From: Octopus sinensis
Lineage: Eukaryota
DNA: 64,000 nucleotides
Assembly: GCF_006345805.1 (NCBI RefSeq)
Contig: NC_043004.1
Span: 32,116,001-32,180,000, forward strand
Reading direction: 5' to 3'
Under the pieces are notes generated by a model. It was not told the DNA's origin, ran no database searches, and saw only the letters and a program-made list of their open reading frames with translations. This document shows, one piece after another, positions 13,549-26,609 of the stretch (the stretch's first letter is position 1; the number at the start of each line of letters is the position of its first letter). A program made the position numbers and the translations under genes.

Positions 13549-13602
<54 letters not shown>

Positions 13603-13763
13603 CGGGCTTCTTTCCGTTTCCGTCTACCAAATCCACTCACAAGGCTTTGGTTGGTCCGAGGCTATAGTAGAAGATACTTGCCCAAGGTGTCACGCAGTAG
13701 GAATGAACCCGGAATCTTGTCGTTCGTAAGCAAGCTACTTAACACACTTAACACCCCTGCGCC
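13404..13763 (-). mobile_element. tRNA-derived SINE with CORE-like segment and internal (CA)/(CATA) microsatellite
   Basis: ccttgggcaagt CORE-like motif and tRNA B-box-like gggttc on the minus strand; same family as 50369 and 55021. Confidence 0.8.
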
Positions 13764-13845
<82 letters not shown>

Positions 13846-13976
13846 GATACTGTTTATAACTCGCTCTGAGATTTATCATTGTTTGATTTCACTTTTTCAC
13901 TATCAGTGTCAATCGACACTGAAAAAGTATATGTATTCGTGAAGGGAGCTGACTTCTCGTCGACAACCATGATTGT

Positions 13977-14021
13977 CACACGCTGATGAGAGGTAAACAC
14001 CTTGAAACTCGAGTCCGTGTG
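13977..14021 (+). ncRNA. Minimal type I hammerhead ribozyme
   Basis: cacacg-CTGATGA-gaggt(aaac)acctt-GAAA-C-tcga-GTC-cgtgtg: 6-bp stem I, 5-bp stem II, fully canonical core, GUC cleavage triplet at 14013-14015, palindromic loop III. Confidence 0.85.
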
Positions 14022-14181
14022 TATTATGAGTTGAAGGCGGGGAAGATGACTTCCCTTCACAAATACTGAGAGGACACAGATAGTGTGTCTATAGCCAGCT
14101 GGAGGAGATATCTTCCTGGGGCTACAAACTACAGTAGCATCCACCCTTAGGGGTTAGCCATATTCAAATGGCAAATATGCG

Positions 14182-14254
<73 letters not shown>

Positions 14255-14256
<2 letters not shown>

Positions 14257-14515
14257 GGTAAAAACGGTAAGATAACAAAAGAAAGAAAGAGACCTCAATA
14301 TTATGTAAATAGAGGAAATTTATCTGTAAAATAATATGTGACAGTTATTCAATAGCCAAGATAAAACTCTGAGTTTCGGATGTCGAGGTGGAAATCCACA
14401 ACACCATCTCTTCGGTTATCTGGCCAAACCAAAGAGATGGTGTTGTGGATTTCCACTTCGGCATCCGAAACTCCGAGTTTTATCATGGCTACCGAATAAT
14501 TGTCACACATTATAA
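14255..14515. mobile_element. PLE pseudo-LTR fold-back (same family as 11186), short loop
   Basis: Arm 14330-14416 pairs with arm 14428-14513. The minus-strand arm carries an HHR-like motif with a variant CCGAAGA core (14360-14420). Confidence 0.75.
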
Positions 14516-14663
14516 TATATATATGCATACATACACATACATATAAAAACATGTAATATACAAATAAATATCTGTAAATATAAAACCATCCGAATTTCTG
14601 AGTACCTCATTTCTTCTAATATAAAATACCTGTACATCATCTCCAAACCTTCTAATATATATA

Positions 14664-14775
<112 letters not shown>

Positions 14776-17250
14776 ATATAATAAAACAATACTAGGAGGA
14801 TAAGAAACAGAACGAAGCGAAGAATCGATCGAACCCGACGCGAAGCGTTGTCAGACAATAGTGTAATAAATAAAATATATGCATACATACATACATATAT
14901 GTACGTACCTACATCTACATGTATATATACATGCATATATAAATATATATACGTAAGTACAGGACACCACAAAAAGACGTAGAACTCAACAGAAACGAAA
15001 ACAGAAAAGCCATTTTTTTACAACAGGAAGACAGAGACGTGGAACAGGACGAGAACGAAAACGGGAAAAACATTATTTACAACAGAAAAACAAGGTACAG
15101 GACAAGCTACACAAGGAAAATCCCCAATCATCAGCTGTCGCTAGTAGACTTAAGCGTGTTTCGAAGGCAAGACAGGACACGACTCGTCAATACTAGGCCT
15201 TCCTGCGAGAGAATTAAAATAAAATAACCTCGCAGAGGGGTAAAACAAGCACGAAAAAGAATGTAACACAAACAGGACGTAACAATAAAACTGCACATAT
15301 ATATGCATACATATACACACACATACGCATATATATAAGTTAAAAAAACATATAATAATTGCACAAACAAACAGGAAACAGACGCAGAAGGTCACTAAAT
15401 CCTCATTAGTTATTGGCCATAGGGCCAAACGCAATTTCGCACCTTCAACGGTAACATTGTTTCTCTCTGGTGCCACCGGGAAATGGCGATTCAACAAACA
15501 AGGAACCAAACATGACAGAAAATGAACAAACAAACAAACAAAAAAATGAGCAACTATGCAATACAGAAAAGCGAACATACAAATATGAGATAAGTGTAAT
15601 ACAAGACGAGGCAATTGGTGGACGGACGAGGGATAAAGACGAAAACAAACAGGGCGAAAAATGTGAAAATACAAGCAAACTGAAATAAATGAACAAAAAC
15701 CATAAATAAACAAACAATATATATGTATACATATAAACACGTATACATATATATATATATATATACATTTGTGTGTGTGCGTGCGTGTGTGCGTGTGCGT
15801 GTATGTGTGTGAGTATGTAACGAATATATGCACCAAATACATGAGAGGAGGAAGATAATTGAAATGGCCTTTATTTTATCGTTTATCGCTACAATTTAAG
15901 ATTCAACTTCTTATTTACAGATTATTTACAGCTCTATTATCCATTCTGTAGGTTGTTAAGTTCATCTGTGAGTAACTGCTAGAAAACAGATGGAAGAAGG
16001 AGAGAGATAAAGTAAAAGAATTTGCCTCAATGGGTTGACAAGTAGAGAAGGTAAAAGTTGTGCAGTCTCGCGGTGACAAGTCATTACAAAAGTGCGCCTC
16101 TGAGCCGGCGCCAAACGAAAGAGGTGAAAAAGACAGAATTAAGTTTGAATCCTGTATTTATATTTTTTCTTAACTTAGGTCAGGCTCAACAAGGGGTTTT
16201 TCGTCTTTTATCTGCCTTTGACCTATGTCTAACTCGAAATGGTCACAGGCTTACAGTTGACTCTCATAAATTTCTGAGTGCAAAAATCGAGGACAATAGA
16301 AAGGAACAAGTAGAAAAATCTAATCTAGGTTTTGAATCTTTGCTAAGACTCTTGGAAGCTGTTCACTGCACACACACACATACACATTCTTAGAGGCATA
16401 TTTTAAAACGTTTGACGTTGGCTGTCGCTCAAATTTACATATGTCTACCTTGTAAGTGTCATAGTTTTTACAATAACTTTATTACTTATACTTGAAATTC
16501 TAAATTTACGAACGAACAGAGAACATTTTGACTTGGCGTTAATCTTGATATAGACTTTACAGAAGACAGGGTTTCGTAATGGTCATTGGCCTTCTTCCAT
16601 AAAAAGAATGACTGTTTATACCGTGTCCCTAAAAATCTTTGCTGGTGTCTCAGGTTCTTTTGTTTTCTTCAATAGGATTTGACTTTTGTATCTCGGTTAT
16701 TCATCAAGTACATTGTTTTTCGCTTGTAATCGGATGATGAAAGTAGGCTACAGCACCATTTCATTAAATGCTGTGCACTCTATTCTCTATTAAAATTAAT
16801 ATTAACATCAACGTGTCTTGGAAAGTACCTCCAGTTAATAGTATGTATGTATTCATATGAATGTGTGTATGTATGTACGTATATGTATATATGTAGGTAA
16901 ATGTGTAGAAATCTGAGTAGAAGTAAAGTGTAGCATGTCTGTACTAGCCGTTGCTTAAAACACACATTTTGGATCTCAAGTAGGCTCAGACGACACCGTA
17001 AGTTTTCAGCCTGTTGTTGGCTGAATAGACAAACTCCCTCGAACAGGCGTTCTCTGCTATGTCCGATTTATCACATATAATTTCGAGTTCTTTGTCTCGT
17101 TTCTCTAAGGGCCCTCAGCATGCAGTTTTGTTATATATATATATTTAAAGTTAATCCAAACATGAAAACACAAAGAGAAAACACAACAACGCGAGGGCGT
17201 GGAACAAATATAGTATTATTGGACGCTCAAGAAAGAAGGAAAGAAGGAGG

Positions 17251-17285
17251 GTTTAACGTTTCGAGCGGAGCTCTTCGTCGGAAAC
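17251..17285 (-). ncRNA. Degenerate minimal hammerhead motif in a PLE-derived repeat (17130-17350)
   Basis: Minus strand reads gttt-CCGACGA-a-gagc(tcc)gctc-GAAA-C-GTT-aaac, with an AACGTT palindrome typical of dimeric PLE HHRs. The core carries a U-to-C change. Confidence 0.45.
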
Positions 17286-17437
17286 ATAGGAGAAGGAAAG
17301 ATCCAGAGAAGGGAAGACAGAGGAAAAAAATCGCCAACGGTACACACGCGGTCACATACATACATACATACATACATACATACTACATACATACATACAT
17401 ACATACACACACATACATACATACATACATACATACA

Positions 17438-17471
<34 letters not shown>

Positions 17472-17832
17472 GTCATTTTGTAATACTTAAATTATATATT
17501 ATGCATTTTATTGTGTTTTGATATGTCAGTGGAAAAATTATGTTGCTTGAAACTGGCCCGTGGTGCAAGATAGATTGGTGACTGCTGAGTTACATAATAA
17601 AGCTCGTGTGGGAGGTAAATAAAGTGATAAATAGTAGGTCAGAATTAAGATAAAAATATTAAATCATGTGATTGTTTTCAAGAGGTTATGCTGTTGTAAA
17701 TATTCCATATACATTTTTTTTATGTGCAAATTTGTAGGTGTTTGAGTGAGGTCTTAATAAACAAATAATTTTGGAAGTTGGATGAAGGTTGTAAATTGTG
17801 CCTTCGGGTGTTATATACTTCAGTCGTATATA

Positions 17833-18258
17833 CGGATCTTTTCGGTTTGAACGGCAGTTTTTTAAAATAATTTCCACGTAACTAAACATTTTAAAACTTC
17901 GTATACTAGTAGAATGTGTTTATAAAACATCTTTTTTTCTTGGCTTTATTGAGAAAATTCTATAGTTTATAAGATATTTGTTGTTGTTTTCTTCATTTTC
18001 TGCAATTTCAACCAATCAATGACGTCTATTGAGTTGAAAACATTCTGTGCCGTATGAATATGTCCCTCGTTTTAGAAACAGATTGGGTTTATTTACATTT
18101 GTGAAGAAAAAAAGATACCCTTCCCCCACCCCTAACCCTAACCCTAACTAACCCTAAAACAGATTGAAATGTAATAGATCGATACTAGGGTCATAATTAT
18201 GGGTGACAATTTCATATGACACCTCTAGAAAAACTGCCGTTCAAATCGAAAAGATCCG
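17833..18258. mobile_element. MITE with TA target duplication (Tc1/mariner-type); partial second copy at ~8780-8939
   Basis: TIRs cggatcttttcggtttgaacggcagttttt / aaaaactgccgttcaaatcgaaaagatccg, flanked by TA on both sides; internal (CCCTAA)n. Confidence 0.85.
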
Positions 18259-18338
18259 TATATACTTCTCAGCTAAATTTCGAAATGTTGAATGTTGTGT
18301 GTGAGATGTGCTCGCATTAATGTATTTCGGCGAACTGA

Positions 18339-18640
18339 AGTTAGCGGGCTGGCTAAGACGGTGTGCTGGGTAAGTTAGCGGGCTGGCTAAGACGGTGTGC
18401 TGGGTAAGTTATCGGGCTGGCTAAGACGGCGTACTGGCTAAGTTATCGGGCTGGCTAAGACGGCGTACTGGCTAAGTTATCGGGCTGACTAAGGCGGCGT
18501 GCTGGCAGAGTCGTTAGCACGCCGGGCAAAATACTTAGCAACATTTCTTTCGTCTTTACGTTCTGAATTCAAATTCTGCCGAGGTCGACTTGGCCTTCCA
18601 TCCTTTCGGGAGTTGAGCACTGGGATTCTGTGTAATCGAC
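18339..18640 (+). mobile_element. tRNA-SINE (Meta-domain-like) preceded by a 34-bp tandem array related to its own 5' end
   Basis: SINE head taaggcggcgtgctggcaga at 18490 with gaggtcgact..ccttccatcctttcgg; 4.5 tandem units upstream. Confidence 0.75.
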
Positions 18641-18879
18641 TTACCCACTTCCCGAACCTGCTGGCCTTGTGCCAAAATTTGAGAGCATTAATGTGTTTTA
18701 CTTTTGCTCTTTACTTTGCCGAGATCATGCATTATAAAAACTGTCTGAAGACAAATATGACTAAAGGTCAGGTCAGCTATTGGGGTATACGCCGTTGCAA
18801 CGAGTCACTGCATCCACCATTTGTCGGTATCTGCTCTGGTCGTCCTGTACAACCCAACGTGCAGTAGTGACTCACATCT

Positions 18880-20340
18880 GTGAAATACTTCCTCATCCGC
18901 TTTGACTATGCGGCATGTAGGCAACCAATCTGAGCCCTCACCTCAACCGGATCCTCATAGAAAAGAACACAGTACAAAGGATCCATGTCGAAAAATCGAG
19001 CAATATGATAAAACAGTCTAAGTTGATACTCTTGAATCATGCAAGTAACAGGACGCATCCCACTTTCTGAGTATAGTTGTTGGTTGGAAACAAATTTCGA
19101 CTGATGGTAGCCCATAACTTTGCGGAGGGTCCTGGTACCAAATGAGTTCAGATGACCCCTAAGGAATCCTGACAGTGTTCAAGTCTCGCAACTGTAGAGC
19201 AAGGCAGGAAGGACTAGAGACCTGAAGAACTGAACCTTTGTCCTCCTGCTCAAATACCGGGAGCACCAAACACCCTTCTCCAGTGAGTCCACAACTGCAC
19301 CACCAGCACGCTGCCGAGATAAGCGAAGAGATCAACAGCTTCTACATTCTCATTCGCAACAGACAAACTAGATGGGGTCCCCCAGGAAGTCATCAAAAGA
19401 TCTTTGTCTTAACCCAAGAAGCTCTAAGGTCAAGTGGTTCTGCTCCCTCAGTGAAAGGAAAGCACTTCTTAAGACATTCAGAGACTCAGCAAGAATAACC
19501 ACACTATCAGCAAAATCCAGGTCAGTAATGCTGACTTCGCCAATGCGAGGGTTTCTCTGGAAAGAAAAGGTTTCCTAGTTCCTATTTTGGAAGCCAGTCA
19601 CCCACTAACAGTCAACAGCAAGGTGTCCCTGTAAGTTTCCCTACATCCCTACAGGTTCAGTCGATGGACCAGCCCCATGTAGCATAAACCCAACTGCTAC
19701 GAATGTCTTGCTTCGAATAAATCTTGCTACGAATAAGTCTTACTACGCATAAGTCTTGCTTACACCGCTGTCTTCGAGTCTGGGACTAGCTGACTTCAGT
19801 CATTATCTCAACTGAATCACAAAAATCCTATAGTCAGTTCCAATGAAGCTAGCACATGGTTGGTCTCCTTTGCTACATGACAGTACAGGGATACCATGTT
19901 CAGCGATGCAGGTAAGGACGTTGCTACAAGGAGCTAGCAATGCAAAGTCCGTGGCTTTTGGCAAAGTCCAAGAATATCACATCGCTTTCTTTTGCTCCTA
20001 GTACTGGACCTAAAATGACCGACAACGCTCTCATATACCGTTCTGTCAACCCTGTAGATACATTAAAATCTCTCATGACCAAGGGCGTGTCCCTTTTCAA
20101 AATATTCCTCATGGCAGCATAGCTGGGCGTAGAATGTCTCTCTCTCAGCGACATGTCACTCACAGTAGTCGGAGTGTACGGGGCAACCAAAGAAATGGTA
20201 GTCAGAGAATGTCGATTCCTCAGCTTCATAATACGCTCTTTAACGGGTGTTAAATCTGGCATCGTTGGAACCAGCTAGTCGGCTATTGTAACTGCTACCC
20301 CACCGGCACGCCAGTCATCAAAGTGCCCTGATCAGTAACA
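18880..20340 (-). mobile_element. RTE-clade LINE remnant (APE and RT pieces, internally deleted)
   Basis: APE: KERIMKLR...SLVAPYTPT...MRDFN (19924-20280). RT: ITDLDFADSVVILAES (~19500), VWCSRYLSRRTKVQFFRSLVLPALLYSCET (~19200) and RLFYHIAR...EDP (~18950). Confidence 0.85.
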
Positions 20341-20588
20341 GGTGTAACTACTAGTTGGCTACTAACCAACAGTTATGGCTACAAGTATCATGAACTTATG
20401 AGATTATTATTGTGTCTTTACGAGGTGATTAGAGAATCAAAATGAAAAATCTAAATTTTCATATATGGCATATAAACATGTACATCTTTTAGAACATTGG
20501 CATTTTATAAGATTTTGCTGGCAATTATTTTTAAACAATGAAGATTATGAGACTTTTATATCACTATGTATTCATAAAATTGTATGAT

Positions 20589-20675
<87 letters not shown>

Positions 20676-20761
20676 GCACACGCATACATATACGTACATA
20701 CGTACGTATGTATATACACACATATATATACACATATATATATTTATATACAGTATATATA

Positions 20762-20792
<31 letters not shown>

Positions 20793-20807
20793 TGTATAGT
20801 ATATATA

Positions 20808-20842
<35 letters not shown>

Positions 20843-21598
20843 TGTATGTATGTATGTATGTATGCATGCATATATGTCTTTGAGTGTGCGTGCACAAATG
20901 TATGTATGTCTATATGTACGTGTATATGGATGTATGTATATATGTATGTAGGTATGTAGGTATGTAGGTAGGTCGGTAAATATGACGGCGTATGACTATG
21001 TAAATAGCGTGATTAGACTCATGATCATAAGGTCGTATGGTTGATTCCCGAAGCGGGCGGCATATGGTGTCCTTCAAGAAGGCGCATCATTTCCCGTTAC
21101 TCCGGTCTACTCATATGAAAACGATTACCAGCCAAGTGTTGGTGCAGCTCTCTCCTACTCCACAACCGTCACATTGTCGACTCAGTTATAGATGGAAGGA
21201 CCGAGAGGATGTCTGTGTTGCTTGTTACGAAATAGGAACCTAAAACCATAAGCAAATGTGTAGTACAAGCTACTACAGCAGTGCTTAGCATGCGAACCCT
21301 TGTCAGTTCTGTAACGGACGAATGCCATGATATATCAGGTGATCTTAGCTTACATTTCAGCCAATAGTTGTTCTAGGCAATTGTGTTGTGGCGTAGTCAG
21401 ACGGAAAATTTCATGCAGTTTCGTTCCAAATCATAGTTATATACTGAGATGCTCGGAATATACAGTGACAGAGTACAGCAGAGGGTCGCAGAGGGCCGTA
21501 GCGAACGGTAGAGGTTTTCTTGCTTAACCAACAGTCATGCCACTCTGATCTCGCGTTAAAAGAACTCCTTTCGCCAAACATACATTCTCGCTTCTCGC

Positions 21599-21767
21599 CA
21601 GGGCTGGCTCAAGGTACCGGCAACTCAGACAGTCGCCCGGGGCGTCATGTGCTTTTTAGTCTACATTTTCAGTTTTTTTTTTCCTTGTGAAAGTTTTAAA
21701 AATTATACTTGTAAGGACGCCGAAGTTCAGTTTAGTCAGGGTACCAGTAACCCTAGGACCGGCCCTG
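21599..21767. mobile_element. hAT-type MITE
   Basis: TIRs cagggctggctc / gaccggccctg; 8-bp flanks cttctcgc / cctctcac (6/8). Confidence 0.6.
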
Positions 21768-22204
21768 CCTCTCACCAAGCAAACATTTTCTCTTCTCGCC
21801 GAACTTGAACGCATTTTCTCCTCCCACACACTAGCTACTGGTATTTACCATAACAGTTTACGCAAAACTTACCTATTGTTACACCCATCTGTAAATATGT
21901 TACACAAAAGTAAAATATTGCTGCGCTTGGTTTTATATGGGCGCAGTATGCAGCCAGACCAAATAATATAACTCCCAGCTGACCAAGGTGACCCAGCTAA
22001 GTCATACTCGCTTGACGACTAAGCATTTTTATACATACAAATAAGTGATAATGTGTTTGTATGTTTTTCTTTGAGATATATTTAGGTTGGAGTTCAAGCC
22101 GGTCGCTAACAAAGTGACATATATGTAGGCGTGTGCATATATGTAGTGGACGCACCTTTACTTATATTCAGCGTAAGCATCTATTTAGTATTTAGTGCTT
22201 GTAC

Positions 22205-22256
<52 letters not shown>

Positions 22257-23756
22257 ACCATTACTTTTTATATATGTGTCTTTGTAAATGCACACAACTA
22301 CGTGTGTGTGTATTCATTTAAAGAATCTCAGATGAAGAATCTTTGGAATATCTTACTGAGCCGCTAATTGGTTGGGTTTGGAGGATGCACGTCAATTTCT
22401 TTTGCTCCTTCTTACAAAATCTAAGCATTTATAAGTTTTTCTATCAGGTCACTCTAGAGTACTACAGGTAACATATAACATCCTGTTGCGTTTCTGGATC
22501 GGCGGTGGCTAAATTTACACCTCACCCCCCCCCCCCACACACACACACACAAACCTGCTTGGTGGGGAGGGTGATTTTTGTACTCTCTGCAGGATCGAAA
22601 ATACAGAACAAAAACAAGACCCGTTAAAGGGTGTATAAATTCATGAGAGTTAACGACCATCTGTGTGCAAATACGCCTCTTTTAAATCCCTGCCTACTTG
22701 TAGGTATCCTTTGGTTGGAAAAGCCTAAGGGAAGACACTCTGAATTCAAACCCGCAGTTGATGTAGCTATCAGTCATTTTGTAATGCTTATCACTGGTGG
22801 TGATGGTGGTGGTGTAGTGATGAAAAGCCCCATAACTCTGTATGAACCGTTAGATCGCAAGTAAAGGCTGAAAGAGCCTTATCTATATTTCGGTTGTGTT
22901 GTTTGACCGTACATAATTGTCAATGTCTTTCTATTTATTGATGATTAATATGAGTCAGTCACACAATTTCCTCTTCTTATCCCATCCTGGAGGTGACTGA
23001 AAATGAGTGACAGTAAAACAGAAAAATTATGAGAAACTGAAAGGAAAAGACGGTGTGGGAGAGTAAAGAAAAGAGAAGGGGAAGTAAAATATATATGAGT
23101 ATCCTTTTCCTTTCTCACAAAGTTTGAAGTTCAAATAATGGTTATGTATAAATATATTTCGTCTGCAGTTGTAATTACATTTTCATGTTTAAAATATTGA
23201 AATAGCACAATCCTAAATTCTCGCGAAGTAACTACAATACTATACTAATGCCTTCATTTTTTGAATTCATATCATTCACATTAATTTGCTGCAAATTTCA
23301 TCGTTGTACTATTTACTTTCATTTTATGATAGACAGCTATCACCTAAAATGCTACCTCCCAAATCCTGCTTTCTGATTGGGTAAAAATGATCAAACTTTA
23401 AACCTCTATAATATTTTACTAAAAATTTTCTCGAATAAATGAATTACAAAATCGGATTCAGCGTGAAAAAAATAATCAATACACCAAATTTTCCCTTAAG
23501 TTTCAAATTTCAAAACCTGTGACAGCAACAGAAAAGAAATATCTCTCTCTCTGTCTCTCTCTCCCCCCTCCCTCTCTCTCTCTCACTATCTATCTATCGC
23601 TTTCATTTATGCTTTTTTCATTGGAAGCTTCCTCTCTTCTGTCTATATATTTACCACACTCTCCCTCACTCTCTGTAAATGTATATCGCTCACACTCAAT
23701 GTGTGTATTAGGGTGTGTGTGTGTTAGAGTGCGTGTATTAGTGTGTGTGTGTATTA

Positions 23757-23844
<88 letters not shown>

Positions 23845-24303
23845 AGGAATTACATTAGGGCAGCAGAGTCGAAACACCTTCACAAAGCATCAACAGCGAG
23901 CTAAGAAAAATCTTTACATCTATGCGCGAAATAGAATTACAAAAACAGTTTATCGATACAATATAAATGTTTCCAAATAATGCAGAAATTTGTTATGGTG
24001 AAGAAACCTATCCGTCGGAGAAGACATGGTCTGACATAATACAAAAAAAAAATTGAAATGAAGGTATTTTAGTGTGGAAGTTACCCGGTAACGACAGGAT
24101 ACTCAGCTAGTGTGTATGTGTGTGGTGTGTGTGTGTGTGTGTGTGTGCGTGTGTGTTTATAAAACAGTGAGCTTTCAAATACACCATTGAAAACAGCTTT
24201 GCTGCATTCAGTGAGTTTTTGTGATATTAGATAGTACTTTAATAATTCGTTTTTGGATTTGGTTTGCAAGATTCTTTATATGAATTCGTGTGTTGAAGCA
24301 TAT

Positions 24304-24583
24304 TTTGTTGTGTCTGGGGAGAGTCATTTTCTCTTCGTGCCTTATTATGTAACACACTCACCGGTAAAATTCCACATTTTTTCCTTATTTTTATTGTCCT
24401 AAAATTTTCGTTGCGTCTTGCAACCTTTTCAATAGTTTTGACTACTGAAAACTATTGAAAATGTTGCAAGACGCAGCGAAAATTTTAGGACAATAAAAAT
24501 AAGGAAAAAGTTGAAATTTTACCGGTGAGTGTGTTACATAATAAGGCACAAAAAGAAAATTACTCTCCCCAGACACAACAGAA
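24304..24583. repeat. Near-perfect fold-back inverted repeat (~135-bp arms, 8-nt loop)
   Basis: Arms read as reverse complements around the loop gactactg (24440-24447). Confidence 0.92.
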
Positions 24584-25212
24584 CTTTAATAATTATTCAT
24601 GCCCAATATGGCTCTCCATAGCAGCTCTCTCGACATACACATCTCTGACAAATATTGATTTATCTTATAGACCAATGGACAGAATCACCGGTCTGGTTTT
24701 TTTGTGTCAGAAACAACCATCAATGGAAAAGCAAGTCGATTGAGTTTTGCTACAGAAAAATGAAAATGTATTTTCAGACGTAAAATGTCCGTGAAATCAA
24801 AGTGGTGCAACACTATAGGATCGTCATTGTAAAGGGGAAAAGAGAAAACGAAAGAAAACTTTACGGAATGTGATACCATTGATGTTTTATTTATTTAATT
24901 ATATAAATTTGATAGATTTTATTTTTGTTCAATATTATTTGCTTGTTTCATTGAATCATTGTTTAAAATTGCATGTTTCAGTTAGCTAGGACACGTTCCT
25001 TCATTATGGGAAAGCAGTTCTTCTATCATGAGCCGTAATACTGAGTGTTTCCTCTTCATCCCTCCTCATGTTACTCTCATTTATAGCACACCCCGGCTTT
25101 CTCCTCTCCCTCCCTACTCTTTCTCCTATTCTCTCACTGAGTAGACGTATAAGCAATTCACTGTTTTCAGACATAGCTCATCTCGGACTACAATATCCAA
25201 TATATCAGTAAG

Positions 25213-25445
25213 AGGCGGCGAGCTGGCAGAAACGTTAGCACGCCGGGCGAAATGCTTTGCGGTATTTCGTCTGCCGTTACGTTCTGGGTTCAAATTCCGC
25301 CGAGGTCGACTTTGCCTTTCATCCTTTCGGGGTCGATTAAATAAGTACCAGTTACGCACTGGGGTCGATGTAATCGACTTACTCCGTTTGTCTGTCCTTG
25401 CTTGTCCCTTCTGTGTGTAGCCCCTTGTGGGTAGTAAAGAAATAT
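25213..25445 (+). mobile_element. tRNA-SINE, Meta-domain-like family (other copies 54065-54285 +, 60420-60620 +, 32590-32700)
   Basis: aggcggcgagctggcagaaacgttagc head; gaggtcgactttgcctttcatcctttcggggtcga body. Confidence 0.8.
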
Positions 25446-25539
25446 ATATCAGTAACGGGTTGTTGTGTGGATGATGCTGATGATGTTGACTCCGAGAAAT
25501 AAAGACAGTGGTCGAAGTTATAAACAAATATTTTAAAGG

Positions 25540-25760
25540 AGAGGGGCTTTCTCCGTCCGGGTTGCGGATCCGTGGAATAAGCTGCCGGACGAGATAGTGA
25601 AGATGCCGACGACTGCTCGGTTCAAAGTCTCTCTTGACCAGAAATGGCCTGAACTCTTTGCATGAACACCCTCCTTGTACATAACTCCATGTCCCCCTAC
25701 ATGGCTTTGCTTTTTGCTTTTTGAGCCAAAATATTAACTTAACTTAACTTAACTTAACCG
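25540..25760 (+). mobile_element. 5'-truncated CR1/L2-type LINE 3' end with (TTAAC)n tail
   Basis: Translation FSVRVADPWNKLPDEIVKMPTTARFKVSLDQKWPELFA*, then a short UTR and ttaac repeats at 25733-25759. Confidence 0.75.
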
Positions 25761-26609
25761 TTACATGTAATCAATACTTAACACGACGGGTAGATGATAG
25801 TATCAACAATCGAGAGCAGATCTGTTTAAAAAAGAGTTTTGTATTTCAGTGTCTGATACTGCATGGCCTTAGGTTCTACGCTGCTTGATTTCGTCGATCT
25901 AGCAGTAGTGGGGAGATTGATAGAGCAATGTCACTAAAGGCGGAAAGCCGAGAGAGTAAGTAAAGTAAGGGATTTGTTCGTCGTGCGGGACGTGAAATTT
26001 TTTTCCCACGAGAGTTCCGGACCCCAGAAATGAACTCGTTTGCATATAGCCAATCAGAGCTCACATTGACCTTGTCAAGTTAAAGATTGGTATTCAAAAT
26101 GGTGACCTCCGATTGCCATGCGAATCTTGTATTGAACAACGCAAAAGATCAACCTCATTGTGCTTACCACGACGACGACTGCATGGAGTCGAACGATCAG
26201 AAAAATGAAAATGACGGAGCTGATATGGAGATTTCAGACAGTGAAAACGATGATGTGACAAATCCACGACTAGAAAGTTTACACTTTCAAAGCTCTCTTC
26301 AAACCAAATTGATACGCGGCAAACTTCTGATACACACGGTTGCACATCAAAATCAAGGGCTGAGGATGGAAGTGACCCAATAATCAATGGGCTAAACAAA
26401 GTTTTTTTTTTATTTTCCTTTACAACAAAGTTATATTCAAGGCAAAGAATTCCTTGGAGGACCAGTGATAAAATTCACCAAGCAACTTCTGCAACATATA
26501 CTGCGTTAGCTTCCGCACTTCATTGCTTTGGTCGGTACTCTGGTGTGGCACATGCTCTTGGCAAGAAAAAACGAAAATCTCTAGTAATATTGCGAAATTC
26601 CCCCTCCCC

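Noticed and set aside
15121-15165. GAAAC...GTC...CTGANGA order in this repeat (minus strand) and its homologue at 31525-31570, suggesting a type II hammerhead; similar pattern at ~15400
   Set aside because: Stems I and III cannot be formed and stem II is weak, so only the core words match.
18129-18157. (CCCTAA)n telomere-like repeat
   Set aside because: Only ~4 units, internal to a MITE; not a telomere or healing site.
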